Assembly (NCBI GenBank): GCA_964457085.1
Contig: CAYWDM010000001.1
Span: 111,690-175,689, forward strand
Direction of reading: 5' to 3'
Length of the DNA stretch: 64,000 nt
DNA from: an uncultured Pseudomonadales bacterium
GTDB taxonomy: Bacteria; Patescibacteriota; Microgenomatia; UBA1400; PJMF01
Made by a program: the position numbers and the translations under genes. Of the stretch, positions 56,998 through 64,000 are shown piece after piece. A model generated the notes under the pieces. That model was not told where the DNA came from, ran no database searches, and saw nothing but the letters and a program-made list of their open reading frames with translations. Every line of letters begins with the position of its first letter. The stretch's first letter is position 1.

Positions 56998-57504
56998 ATG
57001 CCAGAAGAGCCACGGCTGCCAAACGCTTGGGAGAAAATCTTGTATAGATCTCCACAAATTCAACCGGAATTAAGTGCGGACGTGCAGATAATTGTCTCTG
57101 AGTTGTTAAAAATTGAGCAATTTATTGATACGATTATTCAACTGGGGGGCCATAAAAGATGGAAAACACTGCTTTCACTAGCACCAGAAAATACCGCACA
57201 TAGAGAATCGCAGACGCCACAGATTAGACTCTTACGTATAGTTCATAATGATCGCGTCATTGGCTTATTGGCAAAACTCAAGGAAAAAGATCCCAAACAA
57301 GCAAAGAAATATGCCAAAATTTTGAGCAAGACCACCCTAGCTCAACGCTACATTAATGAAGCAACGGCTCCACAAGGAGAGATAGAAATAACTCATGATA
57401 GAAAATCCTATCGACCAATCATTCAAGACTTAATCAACTGGCTCAGATCGTGGAAAAAAACTCCCAAGAATAATTCTGTCACTGCAATTGTAAAAAAAGC
57501 ATAA
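56998..57504 (+). CDS. Hypothetical protein
   Basis: 168 aa ORF with no recognisable motif. Tightly packed after htpX. Confidence 0.4.
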   Translation: MPEEPRLPNAWEKILYRSPQIQPELSADVQIIVSELLKIEQFIDTIIQLGGHKRWKTLLSLAPENTAHRESQTPQIRLLRIVHNDRVIGLLAKLKEKDPKQAKKYAKILSKTTLAQRYINEATAPQGEIEITHDRKSYRPIIQDLINWLRSWKKTPKNNSVTAIVKKA

Positions 57505-57546
57505 GCTGATCCTGTCAAACAAATTATTTTTTGCTACACTACAAAG

Positions 57547-57864
57547 TTGATGTCAAAAAACACGGTTTCACCAAACCAAGTCCAACATATTGCAAATCTA
57601 GCAACTATTCCAGTGTCCCAACAAGAGATTGAGAAACTCGCAGTTGAATTTAGCGAAACCCTTGACGTTGTTGATCAGCTTCGTACCCTCGATACCAGTA
57701 AAACCGCCATTACCTATCAGGTGACTGGCATGCAGAATGTGTGGCGCGAAGACATCGTCACGCCAGCACATAGTTTTACTCAGCAGCAAGCTTTGGCAAA
57801 TGCCTCACAAACTCACCAAGGCTACTTCGTGGTACCTGGACTGTTAAAAAATAAAGATTCCTAA
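57547..57864 (+). CDS. gatC: Glu/Asp-tRNA amidotransferase subunit C
   Basis: VQHIANLATIPVSQQEIEKLAVEFSETLDVVDQL, the GatC fold. Followed by gatA and gatB. Confidence 0.8.
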   Translation: MMSKNTVSPNQVQHIANLATIPVSQQEIEKLAVEFSETLDVVDQLRTLDTSKTAITYQVTGMQNVWREDIVTPAHSFTQQQALANASQTHQGYFVVPGLLKNKDS

Positions 57865-57915
57865 CAAAACAACCCAAGACACCACAACAGTAGCACCCAA
57901 GAAATAAGGAAAAAA

Positions 57916-59313
57916 TTGTATATGCTCAACACTCTAACACTCAAATCAGCAATCGATAAACTCAAATCAGGTGAGATCTCACTTGAAAATCTGTATCAAG
58001 ATACGATGGCTGCGATCGCAAAAGATAACAGTCGTTTAAATATTTACCTGACATTGAATGAATCAGCTTTAGAACAAGCAAAAAAGCAAAATAATACACC
58101 ATTGGCAGGCGTGCCAATTGCAGTTAAAGACAATTTCTGCACTGCAGGCATTCGCACTACAGCTAGTGCAAAACTCTTGGAAAACTTTGTCCCGGTTTAT
58201 GAATCTACCGTAACTACTCGACTACTGAAGCAAGGCGGTGTCATTATTGGCAAAACCAACATGGATGCTTGGGCACATGGTTCGTCAACTGAGACTAGTG
58301 ATTTTGGATCGACTAAGAACCCACGAAATCCAGAACATTTACCTGGTGGTTCATCTGGTGGCAGTGCTGCTGCAATCTCTGCAAATCTCTGCATCGGCAG
58401 CCTTGGCAGTGAAACTGCCGGCTCAATTCGTCAACCAGCTGCTTGGTGCGGCGTGGTGGGTCTTAAGCCCACATATGGTCGAGTGAGTCGGTATGGCGTC
58501 ATCTCCATGGCTTCATCCACTGACAGTCCAGGTCCAATTGGCAAGACTGTTGAAGACACTACTATTTTACTGAACACCTTTGCTGGCCCAGATCCACTTG
58601 ATGGTACCAGTCATCCTGAAGCAGCACCTGACTTCACTCAATTTTTGAATAAAAGTATTAAAGGCCTAAAAATTGGGGTTATTTACCATGACATTGCCGG
58701 CATGGAAGAGATCAACTCTACATTTGAAGAACAGTTAAAGGTTTTTACTGAACTTGGGGCTATTGTGGAAAAAACCACTGCTCTCGATCCAAAATATGCC
58801 ATTGGCGTGTATACCGTTGTGCAACGTGGTGAGGTCAGTAGTAATCTTGCTCGGTTCGATGGCATTCGCTATGGTCATGACCGTAGTTTCTTTGGCAGAG
58901 AGGCCAAACGACGCATTATGCTTGGTACTTTCACATTGGCAAAAGGCTATGCTGAAAAATACTACGAGCTGGCACAAAAAGTCAGAACCATGTTTATTGA
59001 AGATTACAACAAACTATTCCAAAAATACGATGTGTTGATAGCACCAACTTCACCAGGATATGCCAAAAAACTTGGTGCCAGTGCAGCTTCACCCATGTTT
59101 GGTGAATTGGAGGATATGCTGGTTGAAGCAAGCTCAGTGGCAGGATTGCCTGGCATAAATGTGCCTTGTCATCTTGATCCTACCAGTAACTTATTCCTAG
59201 GAATGAACATCATCGCCCCAATGTGGCGAGAAGATTTGGTGATTCAAGTCGGCGATGCTTTTGAAAAGAACACCCCTTGGAACACTTGGAGGCAAGATGT
59301 CACTATACGATAA
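57916..59313 (+). CDS. gatA: Glu/Asp-tRNA amidotransferase subunit A (amidase)
   Basis: GGSSGGSAAAISANLC amidase signature and DAWAHGSSTE. Confidence 0.9.
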   Translation: MYMLNTLTLKSAIDKLKSGEISLENLYQDTMAAIAKDNSRLNIYLTLNESALEQAKKQNNTPLAGVPIAVKDNFCTAGIRTTASAKLLENFVPVYESTVTTRLLKQGGVIIGKTNMDAWAHGSSTETSDFGSTKNPRNPEHLPGGSSGGSAAAISANLCIGSLGSETAGSIRQPAAWCGVVGLKPTYGRVSRYGVISMASSTDSPGPIGKTVEDTTILLNTFAGPDPLDGTSHPEAAPDFTQFLNKSIKGLKIGVIYHDIAGMEEINSTFEEQLKVFTELGAIVEKTTALDPKYAIGVYTVVQRGEVSSNLARFDGIRYGHDRSFFGREAKRRIMLGTFTLAKGYAEKYYELAQKVRTMFIEDYNKLFQKYDVLIAPTSPGYAKKLGASAASPMFGELEDMLVEASSVAGLPGINVPCHLDPTSNLFLGMNIIAPMWREDLVIQVGDAFEKNTPWNTWRQDVTIR

Positions 59314-59803
59314 AAAAATCGGTCACTTTATGGTTGCCGTTGGTGCAATCATCGAAGATGTAGGTACCAATAAAATTTTATTGGTTAAAAGAAACGACCC
59401 TTTTCATTTTGGTGAATGGGAAGTTACGTACGGTCGACTTGATCAACATGAGGAAATCCTTGAGGGACTTGCTCGTGAATTAAAAGAGGAAACAGGTATA
59501 ACCAAATTTGAAGTCATTCAAGTGTTACGACTCTGGCACATCTATCGGGGAGAGAAAAAAGCAGAAAATGAAGTCATGGGTACTACCTTTCATATCCAAG
59601 TTAGTAGCCCAACGATCACTTTGAGTGATGAACACTCAGAATTTCGTTGGGTCAGCGTCGAAGAAGCACTGCAAATGATTTCTGTCAAAGGTATTAAAGC
59701 AGACATGGCTCACTTCGCGGAGATGATGCATTCGAAGCAACAACATGTATTAGTTGCCCAAGCAGATGAGACTACCAGTAGCATAATTTCAAGAAAAAAA
59801 TAA
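59297..59803 (+). CDS. Nudix hydrolase
   Basis: Nudix box GRLDQHEEILEGLARELKEETGI (GX5EX7REUXEEXGU). ATG at 59297 preferred; overlaps the gatA end. Confidence 0.7.
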   Translation: MSLYDKKIGHFMVAVGAIIEDVGTNKILLVKRNDPFHFGEWEVTYGRLDQHEEILEGLARELKEETGITKFEVIQVLRLWHIYRGEKKAENEVMGTTFHIQVSSPTITLSDEHSEFRWVSVEEALQMISVKGIKADMAHFAEMMHSKQQHVLVAQADETTSSIISRKK

Positions 59804-59826
59804 ATACCAAAAACTAAGAAAAAATA

Positions 59827-61176
59827 ATGAAAAAAATAAAATACTACCCAATTATCGGTTTAGAAGTTCATGCAGAACTCAAGACAAAATCAAAAATGTT
59901 TTGTGGTTGTAAGAATGATCCATTCCATGCTGAAACTCCAAACTCGAACACATGTCCGGTCTGTTTAGGCATGCCGGGTGCACTACCAGTTGCCAACCAA
60001 AAAGCTATTGAATGGACCATCAAGCTTGGTTTAGCACTCAATTGCAAAATCAGTCTATTCTCAAAATTTGACCGCAAACATTATTTTTATGCAGATCTAC
60101 CAAAGGGATATCAGATTAGTCAGTATGATCAACCATTCTGCTACGACGGGTATATTGATACCAGCGAAGGCAGAGTCAGAATTCATCGCATTCATCTAGA
60201 AGAGGACACCGCAAAATTGCAGCATCAAGTCGTTGATGGCAAAAAGGTCAGTTTAGTTGATTTTAATCGCAGCAGCGTTCCCCTGGTGGAAGTGGTTACA
60301 GAGCCAGATATTAAAAATGGTGAACAAGCCAAAGAATATGGCAAAAAACTACGAGGCATCATTCGCTATCTGGACATTGGCGACTGCGACATGGAACAAG
60401 GTGGTATGAGACTTGAAGCCAACATCTCACTGTCACCAACTCAATACGACGGTAGCGAACAGTTTGTGTTGCCTGCATACAAAATTGAGGTTAAAAACAT
60501 CAATTCATTTCGTTTCTTAGAACAAGCAATTAACTTTGAAATTGAACGACAATCTGTTGTTCTGGACGACGGTACGGTTCCTATCCAAGAAACTCGTGGA
60601 TGGGATAGCGTCAAAAACTGTACTTTTTCACAGCGAAGTAAAGAATCTGCTGAAGATTATCGGTATTTTCCAGATCCAGATCTAGCACCTTTTTCTTTTA
60701 CCACTGAATATATTGAAAAATTACGAGCAAAATTACCAGAACTGCCAGAGGAAGTCATGAGTCGATGGCAGAAAGAATACGGAGTCGAAACTACTGTGAG
60801 TGAGCAATTAGTAACCTCGCCAACCACAGTGGCATGGTATGACCAAGTCATGAGTCTGGCACAAACACAGCAAATAGCCCCAACCAAGATACTGAACGCA
60901 TTGATAAATAAAAAAATCGCTGTCACCACATCTCAACCACCACAGATGGCCATTGATGCATTCACCGCTCAAAATAGCACTGATGTTGTGGGCGAGAGTG
61001 AGCTTGAGACAGCTATTACCAATGTCTTGGTTGCAAATCCTGACACCGTAGAAAAGTTCAAATCGGGCAAAACAGCAGTGGTTGGTTTCATTATCGGTCA
61101 AGTGATGAGAACCATGGGCAAAAAACTCGATCATGCCGTCGTTTCTAGTGCTGTCATCAAAGCACTCTCAGCATAG
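59827..61176 (+). CDS. gatB: Glu/Asp-tRNA amidotransferase subunit B
   Basis: MKKIKYYPIIGLEVHAELKTKSKMFCGC, the GatB N-terminus, and a conserved C-terminal YqeY-like domain. Confidence 0.9.
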   Translation: MKKIKYYPIIGLEVHAELKTKSKMFCGCKNDPFHAETPNSNTCPVCLGMPGALPVANQKAIEWTIKLGLALNCKISLFSKFDRKHYFYADLPKGYQISQYDQPFCYDGYIDTSEGRVRIHRIHLEEDTAKLQHQVVDGKKVSLVDFNRSSVPLVEVVTEPDIKNGEQAKEYGKKLRGIIRYLDIGDCDMEQGGMRLEANISLSPTQYDGSEQFVLPAYKIEVKNINSFRFLEQAINFEIERQSVVLDDGTVPIQETRGWDSVKNCTFSQRSKESAEDYRYFPDPDLAPFSFTTEYIEKLRAKLPELPEEVMSRWQKEYGVETTVSEQLVTSPTTVAWYDQVMSLAQTQQIAPTKILNALINKKIAVTTSQPPQMAIDAFTAQNSTDVVGESELETAITNVLVANPDTVEKFKSGKTAVVGFIIGQVMRTMGKKLDHAVVSSAVIKALSA

Positions 61177-61226
61177 GCACACAAACTGACAACAGACCAA
61201 CATCCTCGACTATAGCTATGGTATAA

Positions 61227-64000
61227 ATGGTGTTAGTGAACACAGCAAAAGACGCCATTTCCAGCAAAACTGAAACTCCAAAGAGCGACTCGGGTTCTCA
61301 ATTTGTGCATCTTCACGTCCACACTCAGTACTCGATGTTGGATGGTCTGTGCAAACTCTCTAAATTGGTTGATAAAGCAGTAAGCTGTGGACATACATCA
61401 CTAGCAATAACTGACCATGGCAATGTCTATGGTGCAATTCACTTCTACAATGCTTGCAGGAAAGCCGGAGTCAAGCCAATTATTGGCTGTGAGTTATATA
61501 TTGCTAAAAAATCTCGATTCGATAAGCAGGGCAAGCCTGGTTCAGATCAAGAGCATTTGACTGTTTTAGCCATGAATGCCGATGGCTACCGAAACATACT
61601 CAAGATGGTGACTACTGCACATCTTGAAGGGTTCTCATACAAACCGCGAATTGATCAGGAAATTTTAGAACAATTTAGCAAAGATATCATCGTGCTCTCA
61701 GGCTGTTGGTCGAGCCCTATTAACCATTTATTAAAAGATGGTGACTATGAGGGTGCAAAAGAAAAAGCTCTTTGGTACAAATCAGTATTTGGGAACCGGT
61801 TTTACATTGAGTTACAGTTGCCACCCTCATTTCCAGATGCTAAGCAACGCATGCAGCAGCTCTTGAGTCTAGCCAGAGAAATTGATGTGCAGGTTGTGGC
61901 CACCAATGACATTCATTACATTGAAGTAGATGACGCAGAAGCCCAAGATGCACTATTGTGCGTCCAAACTCGAAAACTGATTTCAGATGAAAAACGGATG
62001 AAGATGATCGATCATCCTGATTTTTACTATAAAACTACTGCTCAAATGCAGGAGTTATTCCACGATATTCCCGAAGCAATTGAAAACTCCACTGTAATTG
62101 CAGATCGCTGTAACGTCACCATTCAAACCGGACAACTGAATTTTCCTGCATATCCGCTGCCAAAAGGTGAAACAGAATCATCACTACTAGCCATCATGGC
62201 AAATGAAGGCATGCACAAGAAATTTAAAATAGTCACGAAAGAAGTCACTGACCGTCTCAAATACGAACTTGATATTATTCAACAAAAAGGCTATTCGACC
62301 TACTTTTTAATCACCCAAGATTTTGTTAACTGGGCAAAAAGCCAAGGGATTGGTGTCGGACCAGGAAGAGGTAGTGCTGCAGGCTCACTAGTGGCTTATT
62401 CGCTCAACATTACCACCCTGAATCCACTCGAGCATGGTTTGCCATTTGAACGATTCTTAAACCCTCAGCGACCAACGCCGCCTGATATTGATATGGACTT
62501 TGCTGATGATCGCCGTGATGAAGTGATTAGTTATGTGGCAGAAAAATATGGACATGACCATGTGGCACAAGTGATTACTTTTGGAAAAATGGAGGCACGC
62601 GTCGCCATTCGTGATATTGGCAGAGTGCTGGGTTTGCCATACGAAGATCCAGATAAAATTGCCAAACTGATTCCCAATGATCCCGGCAAACATGTCACTT
62701 TAAGTGACGCTCTGGCACAAGTGCCTGAGCTTGCTGAATATTACAAGCAACCTAAGATCAAGAAACTCATTGATTTGGCAAAAAAAGTTGAAGGCACTTC
62801 ACGTCATACCAGTGTTCATGCCGCGGCAGTGATTATTGGTGATAAACCGCTCCCAGAATACACCGCACTCCAACGCGATACTAAGTCTGGAAAAATGATC
62901 ACCCAGTACGATATGTATGCATTGGACTGCAACGTCTCTGATGATGCAATCGGTTTGTTAAAGTTTGATTTTTTGGGCCTGCGAAACTTATCAACTATTC
63001 AGACTGCAGTTCGGCTCGTTAAAGAAAATAAAAAAATTGAATTAGATATCGATACATTGCCTCTGGATGATCAAAAAACATTCGACTTGCTTTCCAGTGG
63101 CGATACCACTGGAGTATTCCAACTTGAGTCTGGTGGCATGAGACGGGTTGCTAAAACACTGCAACCAAACCAATTCAGTGATATTACTGCTATGGTGGCA
63201 CTATACCGACCAGGACCAATGGAGCTGATTCCCAAATTTGTAGAAGGCAAGCACAAACCTGAAACCGTGGTCTATCCACATCCCAGTCTAGAACCGATTC
63301 TCAAAGAAACCTATGGAATCATGGTCTACCAAGAGCAGATTTTGCAGATTGCCAATGTCATGGCTGGCTACTCCCTGGGAGAAGCCGATATTTTACGTCG
63401 GGCTATTGGTAAAAAGAAAAAAAGCCTGCTGGATGAAAATAAAAAAGGTTTTATTAAACAATCAGTTGATAAAGGTTATAAAAAAGAGATTGCTGAAAAA
63501 GTCTGGGGCTTTATCGAAGCTTTTGCCAACTACGGTTTCAACAAATCCCATGCTGCTTGCTATGCACTCATCGCGTATCAAACAGCTTATCTCAAAGCAC
63601 ATTTTCCAGTGGAATACATGACCGCACTGATGAGTGTTGAGTCGAATTCACATGGGGCAAACCGAGATGAAAAAGTGGCCGTCGCCATTGAAAATAGCAA
63701 AAAGATGGGCATCAAGATTTTGCCACCAGATATCAATAACTCTAGCGATGACTTCACCATTGAAGCCCACCCAGGATCACTCCAAGACTTGGCTGTGCGT
63801 TTTGGATTTACTGCTATTAAACATGCTGGAATCGCTGCAATTGAAAATATTTTGGCAACCCGAAAGCGAGTAGGTAAATTCACCTCGTTCACTCAATTTA
63901 TTCGAGAATCTGATGGTCGAAAAGTTAATAAAATGGTCTTGGAATGTTTAATTAAAGTTGGTGCATTTGATCAATTTGGGACTAGAGCCAGTATGCTCGA
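61227..64000 (+). CDS. dnaE: DNA polymerase III alpha subunit, N-terminal ~925 aa (3' end outside the window)
   Basis: ATG at 61227 preceded by an in-frame TAA. FVHLHVHTQYSMLDGL PHP-domain start. The frame stays open to 64000, which is why it is absent from the ORF track. Confidence 0.9.
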   Translation, partial: MVLVNTAKDAISSKTETPKSDSGSQFVHLHVHTQYSMLDGLCKLSKLVDKAVSCGHTSLAITDHGNVYGAIHFYNACRKAGVKPIIGCELYIAKKSRFDKQGKPGSDQEHLTVLAMNADGYRNILKMVTTAHLEGFSYKPRIDQEILEQFSKDIIVLSGCWSSPINHLLKDGDYEGAKEKALWYKSVFGNRFYIELQLPPSFPDAKQRMQQLLSLAREIDVQVVATNDIHYIEVDDAEAQDALLCVQTRKLISDEKRMKMIDHPDFYYKTTAQMQELFHDIPEAIENSTVIADRCNVTIQTGQLNFPAYPLPKGETESSLLAIMANEGMHKKFKIVTKEVTDRLKYELDIIQQKGYSTYFLITQDFVNWAKSQGIGVGPGRGSAAGSLVAYSLNITTLNPLEHGLPFERFLNPQRPTPPDIDMDFADDRRDEVISYVAEKYGHDHVAQVITFGKMEARVAIRDIGRVLGLPYEDPDKIAKLIPNDPGKHVTLSDALAQVPELAEYYKQPKIKKLIDLAKKVEGTSRHTSVHAAAVIIGDKPLPEYTALQRDTKSGKMITQYDMYALDCNVSDDAIGLLKFDFLGLRNLSTIQTAVRLVKENKKIELDIDTLPLDDQKTFDLLSSGDTTGVFQLESGGMRRVAKTLQPNQFSDITAMVALYRPGPMELIPKFVEGKHKPETVVYPHPSLEPILKETYGIMVYQEQILQIANVMAGYSLGEADILRRAIGKKKKSLLDENKKGFIKQSVDKGYKKEIAEKVWGFIEAFANYGFNKSHAACYALIAYQTAYLKAHFPVEYMTALMSVESNSHGANRDEKVAVAIENSKKMGIKILPPDINNSSDDFTIEAHPGSLQDLAVRFGFTAIKHAGIAAIENILATRKRVGKFTSFTQFIRESDGRKVNKMVLECLIKVGAFDQFGTRASML

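Overview
The window reads as a compact, low-GC, Gram-positive-type genome, consistent with CPR/Patescibacteria (possibly Saccharibacteria-like). That lineage call is inference from gene content only.

The 5' end (1-9035) is a surface-glycan locus: a partial GT-C-like membrane protein, GT4/GT2/GT4/GT4 glycosyltransferases, ManC, a PglC-like initiating sugar phosphotransferase and a DUF4012 protein. A second glycan module (35849-40616) carries a Wzx-like flippase, a GT-C protein, a WaaE-like GT2 and an O-antigen ligase/polymerase-like protein.

Housekeeping genes include recO, an aminotransferase, glyQS with a T-box leader, truB, lepB, and the gatCAB genes with a Nudix gene between gatA and gatB. 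A split dcw cluster is present: mraZ-rsmH-ftsL-ftsI on the plus strand, and murB-murA-mraY-ftsW-murG-ftsQ-ftsA-ftsZ on the minus strand. That minus-strand run continues through a small ORF, ileS, a second SEDS gene, rplU, a THUMP methyltransferase and rpmA. The 3' end has an FMN riboswitch controlling a ribU-ecfA-ecfT transporter, tRNA-Asp, lemA and htpX, with partial dnaE at the window edge.

The part that stands out is a ~10 kb region of higher GC content (about 41.45-51.6 kb) directly upstream of tRNA-Thr(CGU). Every gene in it is on the minus strand:
- a divergent Rho-like ATPase
- a T4SS-like set: a VirB6-like polytopic lipoprotein with an acidic tail, a VirB3-like 2-TM protein, a VirB4-like P-loop ATPase, and an SLT/VanW-like cell-wall hydrolase
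- several small membrane proteins
- two 100%-identical 446-bp direct repeats, each carrying a textbook type III hammerhead ribozyme with a GUC cleavage site. Each repeat also contains the identical first 40 codons of two otherwise different genes.

The region also holds a ~92-nt structured 5' leader that occurs twice, and a recurring CTCTCTTGTTGTG motif. No integrase, relaxase or CRISPR array was seen anywhere in the window.
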